This document shows, piece after piece, positions 1 through 9,313 of a stretch of DNA of 63,226 nucleotides. The position numbers were made by a program, and so were the translations under genes. The DNA is from a virus. Taxonomy: Duplodnaviria; Caudoviricetes. The DNA lies in IMG/VR virus record IMGVR_UViG_3300048876_000002, positions 1 to 63,226 of that record. One strand, given 5' to 3'. The notes beneath the pieces were generated by a model. The model had not been told where the DNA came from. It did not search any database and saw only the letters and a program-made list of their open reading frames with translations. Every line of letters begins with the position of its first letter. The first letter of the stretch is position 1.

Positions 1-127
1 GCTGGAACTCCCACGCCCGGATGTGGAGTGTAAGCCGTTCGGGATTTACGGTACTCAAACCAACTGGCAAATTGGCAGGCTACCGCGACTGGCGGCGCGA
101 AGTCTCGCTCGTAGCCTTCTTCTTTGC
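1..127. repeat. 127-bp terminal direct repeat (identical to 63100-63226); circular-assembly overlap
   Basis: Exact match of the first and last 127 nt; a minus-strand ORF reads through the junction in frame. Confidence 0.95.
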
Positions 128-557
128 AGAAGAGTTCCCACCATCCAAACATACCAGCGTCCGGCGTCGTCGCTCCCACGGAGGGAGCCGCCGGAGCACC
201 CAACCGCAACCGCCGTGAGAACCCACCCAGTATAGATTCAGGCTCGCCCACGGAGGGAGCCACCAGCTGGCCAAGAATTGCGGTGCGTACCTGCTCTCTT
301 GTTAGCGCCAGCCACCATTCCTGACATCCCTTTTCAGGGAAGTATGAGAGGGCCCACAACTCCCCTTTGCGTATTTCTAGGCCGTGCCACTCCGCTTTCG
401 ATCCTGTCATCACTACCTCCGATTCGTCCATCGCCTTCAGGTGCTCCGCCAGCGCCAGCAGTTCCATCACGGCGTTCTCGGTAGGCTTTCCGTTTTCGGC
501 CATGAGTTCCAGCCTTCGTGCAACGTAAGCAGGCGTGACCTTGAGTTCTGTAGTCAC
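1..557 (-). CDS. 5' part of an origin-spanning ~463-aa modular hypothetical protein (continues 63099->62265)
   Basis: GTG at 557 directly after the TAA of ORF 558-770; my translation MTTELKVTPAYVARRLELM...APSVGE...APSVGATTP... has no stop and joins ORF 62265-63113 across the junction. Confidence 0.8.
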   Translation of the reverse strand, partial: MTTELKVTPAYVARRLELMAENGKPTENAVMELLALAEHLKAMDESEVVMTGSKAEWHGLEIRKGELWALSYFPEKGCQEWWLALTREQVRTAILGQLVAPSVGEPESILGGFSRRLRLGAPAAPSVGATTPDAGMFGWWELFCKEEGYERDFAPPVAVACQFASWFEYRKSRTAYTPHPGVGVP

Positions 558-770
558 TTACTTTTTCTCCTGTGGAGCGCAATCGAACGTCCTTTCCAAG
601 ATGATCTTCTTGTAACCACGGAGCTTGATTTTCAACTTTAGGTCGGGCTGGGAAAATGTTGCCATCGTCGGCCCGGACTCCGTTTCAATCCAAGTTTTAA
701 TCACGCCCAGTACGGCATTGATCTGCCGCGTCCTAACCTGTTTTACCGCTTTCGATCCTGTCTCAGACAT
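558..770 (-). CDS. hypothetical protein
   Basis: ORF with purine-rich RBS, tightly packed in the leftward operon. Confidence 0.6.
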   Translation of the reverse strand: MSETGSKAVKQVRTRQINAVLGVIKTWIETESGPTMATFSQPDLKLKIKLRGYKKIILERTFDCAPQEKK

Positions 771-797
771 CGCGTTTCTCCTTTGTGGCCTCAGCGC

Positions 798-1445
798 TTA
801 CCTTGCCTGCCCCGGTGTGCTGGGCGAAGGAACGGATTTCAGATAGTGCCCCAGAAGTTGCAGAGCCATGCCGCGAATTTGCACTCGTGCCAATTCCCCG
901 TCCGAATTGTTAGTGACAGCGATGGTAGCCTTGGTCCCATCAGCCAATTCAACCTGCACCCGCCAACGATTATGGTCGTTATATTTCAGGTTAACCAGTT
1001 TGTCGTACAGTTCGTGAGCCGCTCCCGAGTAGGTTCGGGGATGCTCAATGAGCGGAATCTTTGCTGCGATTTCTTTGATGGCTTCCAATTCCGATTCGGA
1101 CATCGGCGGTTGCGAAGGAACGGGAGCTTGAGCCGCCGCGATTCTTCGAGCGATAATTTCTGCGGCTAAGTCGTAGTTTATTTCGTAGTTGCGCGGGTCG
1201 CCGTTCATGGCACCCTTCAAGTCATACACCCACGTCTCGACAAAGGGCTTGAGAAGTTTCCAATCTTGCAATGGGGGAGATTGAGCCGCCGCGTAGTGCT
1301 TGGCGATAATCTCATAAGTTGCCAGATAGTCCGGGGAGTTATCGTAGCTTCGTCCACGGTCCGCATTCGCTTCTACAAGCTCTCGCGCCATATTTTCCAT
1401 CCACTTCTGCGGCTCCGGCGTGCCCTGCTCAACCTTTTTGGTCAT
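798..1445 (-). CDS. modular hypothetical protein
   Basis: Likely start MTKKVEQ at 1445; two similar EIIA..AAAQ.P segments. Confidence 0.6.
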   Translation of the reverse strand: MTKKVEQGTPEPQKWMENMARELVEANADRGRSYDNSPDYLATYEIIAKHYAAAQSPPLQDWKLLKPFVETWVYDLKGAMNGDPRNYEINYDLAAEIIARRIAAAQAPVPSQPPMSESELEAIKEIAAKIPLIEHPRTYSGAAHELYDKLVNLKYNDHNRWRVQVELADGTKATIAVTNNSDGELARVQIRGMALQLLGHYLKSVPSPSTPGQAR

Positions 1446-1619
1446 AAACTGTCTCCATCTGACTTGGAACATTTCGGCCCACAGCAATGTGTTCCCGCTA
1501 ATGGGTGCGCTGGTCCGACCCTGCTGTTACCCGGCATACACTTCCGACAGAGACACAAGCAGATGCTTGGCTTGCGCGGCGCATCACTGTCAACCTTGTC
1601 GCTCATGGTCGATCCCTCC

Positions 1620-1979
1620 TCAATCTTTCCATCCGACTTGATCTTCGCGGAAATATGGCCGTGTAGTGGCCCCGCTTTTAACTGGCTTAAGCGCAGGTTT
1701 CCACGGAGCGTCTTTTCGCCCCATCGCAAACAATCGCTTAGAATAGAGCATGTGGTCGCGGCAAATCGTTTGGATGTATGCGAGCAGATCGTGCTTCCGG
1801 CCTTGGATAATTGCGTCACGCTCGCTGGATAGACTAGCCGGAGCATAACGCGAACTCTCGCGAGGAATTACTTTATCAATCCACTCTAAGTCTTTCAAGA
1901 TAGATTCTAGGTGCTCGTGGTACTGAAAGCACAGCATCTCCTGCCGTTCGGTCATCAATTTAACTTTTCGTTTCGCCAT
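1620..1979 (-). CDS. hypothetical protein
   Basis: ORF with RBS in the leftward operon. Confidence 0.55.
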   Translation of the reverse strand: MAKRKVKLMTERQEMLCFQYHEHLESILKDLEWIDKVIPRESSRYAPASLSSERDAIIQGRKHDLLAYIQTICRDHMLYSKRLFAMGRKDAPWKPALKPVKSGATTRPYFREDQVGWKD

Positions 1980-2295
1980 TGCCGTCCTTCCCCTTACTCC
2001 CTCTGCCGGAGAGTTCGTCAGCCAGCACCTCGTAAGCTTCAGCCACGGCTAGACGCTGCATTCGCCCATGGATCGTTCCTTCTGCCGACTGACTGAGTTC
2101 CGCGTTAATGCGTGCCGCCCGTTCCCTCAGCCTCTTTGCGATCTCCTCCCGCTCAAGCGCACGCTCCTTGAGGGAGAAGTCAACCATTGCATGAATCGGA
2201 GACAGTCGCTTGTACTCTTCTCCGATCAGATAGAGCCGCGCTCGTTTTCGTACTTCCTCGGCCTGTTCGGACTCAGCCTTTTGGTCAGCCATCAC
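1960..2295 (-). CDS. hypothetical protein (helical)
   Basis: GAGGAG RBS; overlaps neighbour in the operon. Confidence 0.6.
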   Translation of the reverse strand: MMADQKAESEQAEEVRKRARLYLIGEEYKRLSPIHAMVDFSLKERALEREEIAKRLRERAARINAELSQSAEGTIHGRMQRLAVAEAYEVLADELSGRGSKGKDGNGETKS

Positions 2296-2452
2296 ACTCT
2301 CCTCAACCTCGGACCCAGCCTTTGAGTTTTATTTCTAGGCCGTCATCGTACTTCACGTCGATGGTCAAACTACCGAGACTCAACAGCCACAGCAGGTACC
2401 ATCCGAATAGTCTTGCCATCACACTCTCCTCGTTCAACGGGGTTGCGGGGCA

Positions 2453-2644
2453 TCAGGGTTGCTCGGGGTCAATATTCTCGAAGCCGATTATTTCCGGTAT
2501 GCACAAATCGTCACCGTCGCAACCTCCGCCGAGGCCGCCACCCAGAGCACTCCGCAATTCTGGGGATTCAACCAGTACCGATAAAGTCACTGGGTACACA
2601 TCGCCATTGGTGCGGATCAACTTCTTAATGAAAATTCTAACCAT
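2453..2644 (-). CDS. hypothetical protein
   Basis: ORF with AAGGA RBS. Confidence 0.45.
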   Translation of the reverse strand: MVRIFIKKLIRTNGDVYPVTLSVLVESPELRSALGGGLGGGCDGDDLCIPEIIGFENIDPEQP

Positions 2645-2767
2645 TGCATCCTTCTTTCCGGGAACCTACAGCACGTCCCCATCGTCACGCCTACGGATTT
2701 TCGATCCAAGTTCCCCAAAAGTCGTTCGGCGGAAATATCGGGTTGTCGAGTGTACCGTTCAGCCAAT

Positions 2768-3007
2768 TCAGTAGGATTTTCCCTGTACGCCGCAGTCACG
2801 AATGCCAGCATGGTTCTTGATTGGCTCAACGCATTTCCCGATGTTAATTATATCCATCACGGTTAGCCTGTCATCGACACGCTCAGCCAAGGCATACACC
2901 CACGCTTTCAGCATCCAGGCAACGCGAAGCAACCCGTCTTCACTGGTCACATCATGCCCCTGCCGCCGAACTTCTTCAGTCACATACTCGACAATTGCCA
3001 TGTTCAC
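2768..3007 (-). CDS. hypothetical protein
   Basis: GGAGG RBS; leftward operon. Confidence 0.5.
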   Translation of the reverse strand: MNMAIVEYVTEEVRRQGHDVTSEDGLLRVAWMLKAWVYALAERVDDRLTVMDIINIGKCVEPIKNHAGIRDCGVQGKSY

Positions 3008-3037
3008 CCCTCCACCAGTTCCTCATCCGATGCCCTA

Positions 3038-3301
3038 CTAGGAAATTCTCCCGACCTTGAGTAGCGTCACGCGCCTTTTGCCCGTGTAGGTCCGTAAGTT
3101 ATAGAGATCGGTTGCCGCGCTTGCTTTGCTCGGATACGCGATTGCGTGCCCACGAATGTCCGTATGAGGGACGAAAATATTCCGCCCGTCAAGCATTGTC
3201 CGCTTCACGTAGATCACGTACATCCGAAACGACATTCGATCCAACTGCTTATCCGTCAGCATAGTTACACCCCTTCGCCTACAGCACTTCGCCTGGATCA
3301 A
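3038..3301 (-). CDS. hypothetical protein (start probably internal, MLTDKQ)
   Basis: ORF track; operon packing. Confidence 0.45.
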   Translation of the reverse strand: MIQAKCCRRRGVTMLTDKQLDRMSFRMYVIYVKRTMLDGRNIFVPHTDIRGHAIAYPSKASAATDLYNLRTYTGKRRVTLLKVGRIS

Positions 3302-3524
3302 CGCCCTTCATCTGCAACAGCACGCTCCCAGTCAGCATGGTCCGGGCAACTTGCAGGCCAAGGTTATAGGCCCGTGCTGGCACGAGAAGCTTAATCTCGT
3401 CATCACTGAGGGCTGCATACAACTCGTGTACTTGTGCGGCCAACATCTTCGGATCGGCGGACTTCAGACTGTCCATCGCCGACTCAATCGTTCCTGCGGG
3501 TGGTACGCTCCACTTCGTTGCCAT
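3279..3524 (-). CDS. hypothetical protein
   Basis: AGGAGGAG RBS. Confidence 0.6.
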   Translation of the reverse strand: MATKWSVPPAGTIESAMDSLKSADPKMLAAQVHELYAALSDDEIKLLVPARAYNLGLQVARTMLTGSVLLQMKGVDPGEVL

Positions 3525-3561
3525 TGTCTCCTCCTGTGCTTACTCGGCTGTTACGCCCCGG

Positions 3562-4122
3562 TTATAGTTGTGGTTTATGGCACCAATGCTTGCCGTTCTC
3601 GGCGGTTTGAAGAATACGGGATTTGTCGACGCAGGTAGGCTCCTGCACAGTCTGATTCTCAGAACAGCACCCACACGAATTCCCGCTAGTTCTAGTGTCT
3701 ACCGCGCAAATATTGCAGTTTGGAATCTGCACGCACTCTTGGCGACCTTCCGTAATCGCCGGGACGTCTATCGGCTCCGCTAGTGGAGTCCGCGGATTTG
3801 TGCCGCCCTCCATTGGACATAGATCACCGATAAAGTTAGCGCCCTTCTGGAAGGAGCGATTGGTGGAACATTCTGGATCATCACAGCCCGGACGAATGTA
3901 TAGTGTGGCATTCGGCGGACAGTCAATCTCCTTCAACTGAAAATCCGCGTTCACTTGAAAGCAATCGCCGACGTTAGGCTGGTCACGGGTGACTAGTCCG
4001 AGGGTCCAAATTTCCTTGCCTGTAAGCCGTGCTCCCCCAAACTGATCAGGTGATTTCATTTGCCCCCAGCACCACGACCCCGCCAGCAGCATCGCCGCCA
4101 TGATCACGATTCGTTGTTTCAT
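3562..4122 (-). CDS. secreted Cys-rich hypothetical protein
   Basis: AAGGAGG RBS; N-terminus MKQRIVIMAAMLLAGSWCWGQ resembles a signal peptide; many Cys. Confidence 0.65.
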   Translation of the reverse strand: MKQRIVIMAAMLLAGSWCWGQMKSPDQFGGARLTGKEIWTLGLVTRDQPNVGDCFQVNADFQLKEIDCPPNATLYIRPGCDDPECSTNRSFQKGANFIGDLCPMEGGTNPRTPLAEPIDVPAITEGRQECVQIPNCNICAVDTRTSGNSCGCCSENQTVQEPTCVDKSRILQTAENGKHWCHKPQL

Positions 4123-4276
4123 TCGTTGCCTCCTTCAAATTTAGAGATGCGTGGCGACCCGACTTGGTGTCCATCCTTCGCCTCAGCGTATCGCCATTCC
4201 TAGGTAACGACCGCCTGACCGGACGAAGCCGCCACACATCCCCTCTTCTGCCCAGCCTTCCGACCGGGCAAAACTC

Positions 4277-4726
4277 TTACGCCTTCGAGATTGCCACCTC
4301 TACCCTACTCGGTAGCCCAAAACCCTTTCTAACGCTGCACGCTACCACTTGGGCATCGTCTCGAAACACAATGCCCGTGAGCGAATCCAGAAGACCACGC
4401 AGCAGTTTATCCAGATCTGGTTTTGTGATCTTGTGCCGAACATCTTTCTTTGTAGACTTCGGCTTATCGAAGAAAAAGGAAGCCTCGACCGCGAGAGGGA
4501 TGTTTTCGAGCAGTCCAATTTTGGACTGATTCATCGCTACCTGAGCGGTCCCTGAAATCTCTTGGCGCCAGGGTTTCAGTTTCGAGTTATCGGAAGTGAT
4601 GATCGCCCTTTTCCACCCTTTAGGGATGAAGGCGCGGCTGGACCCTTGGGGCTGCGGGGTGCCGATTACCGTGAAGGTAATGAAGGCAGTCGGCTTGATT
4701 GTGTCGAAGAGTTCCGGCTGGGTCAT
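4277..4726 (-). CDS. rusA: RusA-family Holliday junction resolvase
   Basis: G.PQPQGS, KPDLDKLLR..LDSLTGIVF.DDAQV motifs. Confidence 0.9.
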   Translation of the reverse strand: MTQPELFDTIKPTAFITFTVIGTPQPQGSSRAFIPKGWKRAIITSDNSKLKPWRQEISGTAQVAMNQSKIGLLENIPLAVEASFFFDKPKSTKKDVRHKITKPDLDKLLRGLLDSLTGIVFRDDAQVVACSVRKGFGLPSRVEVAISKA

Positions 4727-4884
4727 TTCGCCCTTCCATTGCTGTTTCGCGCTTGAATCGCTTCCTTAATAAGAACGCGAATCATTGCAGAAAGATTGCG
4801 ATCTTCTTGGACGGCGATCCGCGCAGCCTGTTTCTGAAGATCAGTCGGTATCCGGAGGCCGATGTATATCGTCGCTTTCTGCAT
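4723..4884 (-). CDS. ribbon-helix-helix (Arc/CopG-like) regulator, 53 aa; not in the ORF track
   Basis: My translation MQKATIYIGLRIPTDLQKQAARIAVQEDRNLSAMIRVLIKEAI fits the RHH pattern; stop overlaps the rusA start (ATGA). Confidence 0.75.
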   Translation of the reverse strand: MQKATIYIGLRIPTDLQKQAARIAVQEDRNLSAMIRVLIKEAIQARNSNGRAK

Positions 4885-4891
4885 GAATGCT

Positions 4892-4987
4892 ACTCTTGCA
4901 TACGAGCGCCCCTTTTGTCAACGGAAAAAAACAAACTACAAATACTGTAAAATAATAGTTGACAAGTTTTCCGCCTCATGCAATACT
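4892..4987. promoter_or_regulatory. back-to-back sigma70-type promoters
   Basis: + strand TTGACA(4959-4964)-17 nt-AATACT; - strand TTGACA(4921-4916)-18 nt-AAGAGT; AT-rich spacer; located where gene orientation switches. Confidence 0.65.
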
Positions 4988-5022
4988 CGCTTCGTTGTTA
5001 ATCAAACCCTGGGAGGGGAAAT

Positions 5023-5238
5023 ATGACGGTCTTAGAAGGCAATCAATCGTATCGAGCAGCAATGACGATCCTGAAGACAGCACGGATGGCTCTGCTCGCC
5101 GAGAATGATGATGCTACCTATTACATGTTGGTTCATGCAAGCTATCAACTCACCGAGCAAGAGCATCGGGACATGAAAGCCAGTTTCGCTCACGAAGAGT
5201 TTTCGGCAGCCCCCATCGCGCCCTCCCAGGTACGTTGA
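5023..5238 (+). CDS. hypothetical protein, first gene of the rightward early operon
   Basis: GGGAGG RBS downstream of the promoter. Confidence 0.6.
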   Translation: MTVLEGNQSYRAAMTILKTARMALLAENDDATYYMLVHASYQLTEQEHRDMKASFAHEEFSAAPIAPSQVR

Positions 5239-5656
5239 ACTGCCGAGTACTCGATCCGGCTTACTACTTGGTCGGGTACTGAGCAGTCCAAAATTGGACG
5301 ATAACTTATGAATCCTCTTGATCCATGCTGGCAAGCGATAGCGGTACTCGATGCGTGCCGAGGAGACTTTCCGAAGGCTCTGGAACTGGCGAGAGTGGCG
5401 ATGGACCGAAGGATTCCGAGCGATGACGAATTTGAGTTTCGGTGTACGGTTTACGAGTTGTTGATGGGGATTGGGGGATATGAGTGTTGAAAGTCGGCGA
5501 CGAAGTTAGGCTTAAACTCGGATTGTCTGACAAGGGCGGACGTCGTGGAGTAGCCAAAATAGAACTTTTTTACAGTGACATCGACGGCGGAGTTCGCCTT
5601 GATAAGATGCTAGGCGGATTCTACTCATGGAACGTTAAAGATTTGGAGGCAGCACA

Positions 5657-5923
5657 ATGACCGACGACACGAAGCAGATTCTCTCGCACCCGCTGATTCA
5701 GGGCGCAGTGTGGACCGCAACCGAGGAAGAGAGAGTCATGGACGAGCAGATCGCCATCGGACATGCAAGGCTGCTTCCAGTAGAGGAGAAGCGGCATTTC
5801 GCGGAATGCACTTGGATCAATGATGAAGGATACGACTGCGGTGCGGCGGCTGTCGTTCTGCTTTTGCCTAGCGGTGACGAAGGGCGCTGTCGTGGCCATA
5901 TTCAGAAAGGCGCGCAACTGTGA
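5657..5923 (+). CDS. hypothetical protein (Cys/His motif)
   Basis: GGAGG RBS. Confidence 0.5.
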   Translation: MTDDTKQILSHPLIQGAVWTATEEERVMDEQIAIGHARLLPVEEKRHFAECTWINDEGYDCGAAAVVLLLPSGDEGRCRGHIQKGAQL

Positions 5924-6126
5924 CCTCTCAGACTCATGCCGCGATATTACTCCTACAGCAATTCCTCCTGCGGGCCTTGTCTGAGCGCAAGCCATCGCGT
6001 GTGTGGTGGGAAGCAATGCGTGGAATCCGACAGAAGCAGGCCGATCAGGAGTTCGCGGAAATGGAACTGGCTCACGGAACGGTGCGAGAGCCGGGAAAGA
6101 TCGACTGGCGAAAACTTCCGTTTTGA
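5920..6126 (+). CDS. hypothetical protein
   Basis: GTGA overlap with the previous ORF. Confidence 0.45.
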   Translation: MTSQTHAAILLLQQFLLRALSERKPSRVWWEAMRGIRQKQADQEFAEMELAHGTVREPGKIDWRKLPF

Positions 6127-6519
6127 GGAGCGATTTATGCAACGCGAATCGTCCGGTTACACCGTTGTTTCATGGCTACTGTTCTGGACCGTAGCGGGTG
6201 GCGTGGCTTGGTATGGCATCTTGCGCGTCATGGCCTGGGCGTTGCGGGCGATGGGCGTTGTGATTACGGGAATCTAGCTTAATAAAGGGGGCGCATTTAA
6301 TGCTCAGTTCAATCGCAGATCGGGCGCTTTGCTCAAGTCTTGAAGGAGATGGCGGATATGTGCGAGGCATTCAGATAGCTCTATTTGATACTGGAGATGC
6401 TACGCGGGTTGGAGTATGGCTCCTTCTAACGCAGAGATTTGACCACCCTGACGGCCTCGGAGATACGCTTTCTGAGGCATTGGAAGATGCAGCGCACAGA
6501 GTAAGACTGGAGAAACGAC

Positions 6520-7284
6520 ATGCCTAAAACAATTGACGCGCAACCGTCACTGATAGCAGAGGACATACCCGCCCAGCCGCAAGCTTTAGTGCGGAACCAC
6601 TTTGATCTGCTGGCTCTAGCCATTCAGGATAAGGCCAACATCGACGTTATCGAGCGCCTGAGTGCCTTGCAAGAACGAGCGATGGACCGCGATGCCGAGC
6701 AGCAATTCAATGAAGCAATGTGCGCGGCGCAAGGTGAAATTGGCCTAATCGCGCCCGACCTGACGAATCCTCAAACGAATAGCAAATATGCTTCATTTAA
6801 GGCCGTCGATAAGATCGTGCGCCCGGTCTATCTGAAACACGGATTTAGCCTGTCGTTCAATAATGGCGACGAACCGCGCCCAGAAATGGTACGGATGATT
6901 TGTTACGTATCTCACCGGGCAGGGCACACGCGCAAGTATCAAATGGACATGCCGGCGGATGGGAAGGGAGCGAAGGGCGGCGCTGTGATGACAGCGACCC
7001 ATGCCACTGGGGCGGCGAACTCCTACGGCAAGCGGTACATCGTCCTGAATATTTTCAACATCCCTGTTGGAGTTGACACTGATGGCAATGAGGGGCAAGT
7101 TGAGCAGTCTTGGCTTAAGACTCAGTTAGAGGAAATCGGACGCTGCGAGACGGAAGAAGGTCTTTTGGCTGCATTCCGTTCGGCTGGGCGTGAGGCACTA
7201 GCAATTCAGGATATCGAAGCATACCGACAACTCAACAAGGCCAAGAATAGCCGCAAAAAGGAATTACAGAAAGGCGGCGCATGA
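6520..7284 (+). CDS. ERF-family ssDNA annealing protein
   Basis: N.QT.SKYA, KHGFSLSF, G.A.SYGKRY motifs; adjacent to an exonuclease. Confidence 0.85.
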   Translation: MPKTIDAQPSLIAEDIPAQPQALVRNHFDLLALAIQDKANIDVIERLSALQERAMDRDAEQQFNEAMCAAQGEIGLIAPDLTNPQTNSKYASFKAVDKIVRPVYLKHGFSLSFNNGDEPRPEMVRMICYVSHRAGHTRKYQMDMPADGKGAKGGAVMTATHATGAANSYGKRYIVLNIFNIPVGVDTDGNEGQVEQSWLKTQLEEIGRCETEEGLLAAFRSAGREALAIQDIEAYRQLNKAKNSRKKELQKGGA

Positions 7285-8042
7285 TGGCGGTTAGCAAGAA
7301 AGAACGCCAAGAGTTCCGCAATCTCACGCAGAGCACGCCTGAATGGTTGGCCGCTAGGCGTGGGCGCGTCACAGCTTCACGATGCAGCGATGTGATTCGC
7401 CGCTTGAAAAGCAAAGTTTTGAAAGACGGCACAGTAAAACCGGGAGAGTATTCGGCTGATCGTTACAACTACTTAATGGAGTTAGTTGTGGAGCATTTGA
7501 CCGGACGCTCTATGGATACCTATGTCAATCAAGCGATGGAGTGGGGAATCGAGCAGCAGCCCTTCGCGCAAGCGGCTTACGAAATGAGGCAAGATGTATC
7601 AGTGGAGTCCGTGGGACTGATTATTCACCCAGAACAAGAGAGCTTCGCAGCTAGTCCGGATGGGACTATAGATCAGGATGGCCTTGTAGAGTTCAAGTGC
7701 CCGACTACTCGCGTGCATCTCGAATACCTCAAGGCTGGGGTTGTGCCGGACGATTATATCCCTCAGATGAACGCGCAGTTAGCGTGTATGCCGGAGCGGG
7801 AGTATTGCGACTTTGTGTCCTTCGACCCGCGCGTGCCTTTTGGGATGCAATTATTTATTAGACGGCATTACCGGGATAAGGGGCGCATCGGAGAGTTGGA
7901 ATGTGAAGTCGAGACATTCTTAGGCGAGTTAGCGAGCGAACTCTTGGCACTGTCGCTGGTGCAACCGATACAATCTAAAGCCGTAATGCCCTCAGAGGCG
8001 GATGAGGAAGTCGAGGCAGAGTTGTTCGGGACGGAGGCGTAA
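7281..8042 (+). CDS. YqaJ/lambda-type exonuclease
   Basis: Q.TPEWLAARRG.VTAS, ASPDG, EFKCP, Q...QL, CDFVSFDPR. Confidence 0.9.
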   Translation: MMAVSKKERQEFRNLTQSTPEWLAARRGRVTASRCSDVIRRLKSKVLKDGTVKPGEYSADRYNYLMELVVEHLTGRSMDTYVNQAMEWGIEQQPFAQAAYEMRQDVSVESVGLIIHPEQESFAASPDGTIDQDGLVEFKCPTTRVHLEYLKAGVVPDDYIPQMNAQLACMPEREYCDFVSFDPRVPFGMQLFIRRHYRDKGRIGELECEVETFLGELASELLALSLVQPIQSKAVMPSEADEEVEAELFGTEA

Positions 8043-8043
8043 C

Positions 8044-8364
8044 GTGCTGTTTAAACGCAAAGGCGATAAGACCCGCTATGCATTTGTGGATACGGACTGC
8101 ATCGGGCGTGAGTGTTGGGCGGCTGGGATGTACCAGCATCGTTCTCCGATGTCCGGCGGAGGTTCACGCAATACTGGAAGCCCTGACTCGCCGTGCTGCT
8201 TAAATCGTGCTTATCGTGGATGTCCTGAGGGGCCGGTCGGACAGCAGCAAGTTCCTTGCGACTGTGAAGGCAATCCACACACCTTGCATACAATTACTGG
8301 TCTGCCAGTATTTAATCCTGACCTAGCGCGGAAGAGAAAAGCGGAAGGCTGGAGACCCGCATGA
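8044..8364 (+). CDS. Cys-rich hypothetical protein
   Basis: Likely GTG start after a GGAGG RBS within ORF 8002-8364. Confidence 0.45.
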   Translation: MLFKRKGDKTRYAFVDTDCIGRECWAAGMYQHRSPMSGGGSRNTGSPDSPCCLNRAYRGCPEGPVGQQQVPCDCEGNPHTLHTITGLPVFNPDLARKRKAEGWRPA

Positions 8365-8600
8365 TTCACTCCGACATAATCCGTTTCTTATTCGATCCTC
8401 TGACCGGGGGACCACCAAGGGCATTCGAGTGCACACTGGTTACAGGACTTGGGTACAGTTCCGAGAAGGTCTGCGGATTAGTTACGCGCACGCTTTCCGG
8501 GATGCGAGCACATCAGCGCATAGTGCACGACTTCACGCCTCAATCAAAACTGCCATTGACTAGAAAGGAATCAGATGACTCGCTTCCTGTGGGCGATTGA
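8361..8600 (+). CDS. C2H2 zinc-finger-like small protein
   Basis: FEC...CG...RTLSGMRAHQRIVH. Confidence 0.5.
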   Translation: MIHSDIIRFLFDPLTGGPPRAFECTLVTGLGYSSEKVCGLVTRTLSGMRAHQRIVHDFTPQSKLPLTRKESDDSLPVGD

Positions 8601-9257
8601 AGAACTGGAACTACATGCTAAGACGTGGCAATTACTACCGAATACTGTGCAGGTTCGCCGCCATCATTGCGAGTTCGACATCAAACAATTGCGTGAGGAT
8701 TATCCGGCAGAGCGGTACAGGATTGTGAAGTATGAAAGGAAAGGACTCCGATGACGTACTTAAAACTGATCTGGTTTGAGGGCGACCTACGATTCCTGAC
8801 TCGGAACACGATCATCGACGTTCTGATCCGCAAGCACGACCGGAGCGAGGAGTTCTGGGCCTGGGTGGACCGGGCGCTCAGTTTTAGGCGAAAAACGGCC
8901 TAAGAGCCTCGGAGAGCGTCTGAGGGGTAGCCTAGCTAGGGGTAAGGCGTAATTATCGCGCCACGGGGCAAGAAACAAGGCCAGCGACGGGGTTAAGGGA
9001 GGATTTAACCGATGAAAGACGAACTACGCCCGACTCCAGACGAGCACTGGAGCATTGCTGACTTTTACCGGAGGCCAACTGTCGAGCATAAGCGCGAGTC
9101 CAAAATTGGACTGTTCTGGCGGCTGGTTATGGCTGGCTGTGTTGTAATGCTGGGCGTAGTCGTGTGGAGGTTGTTCGCGTGAAACTTGGCTGAAGAAAGT
9201 TCTTTACTTTTCGAGCGGCGTATGCTCATAATATTACGCCTACGCCCGTAGGTTTTC

Positions 9258-9307
9258 GCCCCTGTCCTGCCGACTAGACCCCGGCAGGCGGGGGCAGTAA
9301 AGGGTCT
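9258..9307 (+). promoter_or_regulatory. hairpin/pseudoknot in the leader of the replication initiator gene
   Basis: Stem 9258-9272/9282-9295; loop AGACCC is complementary to GGGTCT at 9302-9307, 6 nt before the ATG. Confidence 0.55.
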
Positions 9308-9313
9308 TAATAT

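Noticed and set aside
1-127. Biological terminal repeat of the virion DNA
   Set aside because: 127 bp equals a common assembler k-mer, the repeat falls mid-ORF, and a P22-like TerL implies headful packaging; it is most likely an assembly overlap
160-261. CRISPR-like or REP repeats around the junction
   Set aside because: Spacing is irregular and all copies are in frame as peptide linkers of one ORF
2768-3007. Fic/Doc-like N-terminus
   Set aside because: No HPFxxGNGR motif in this or the adjacent translated frames
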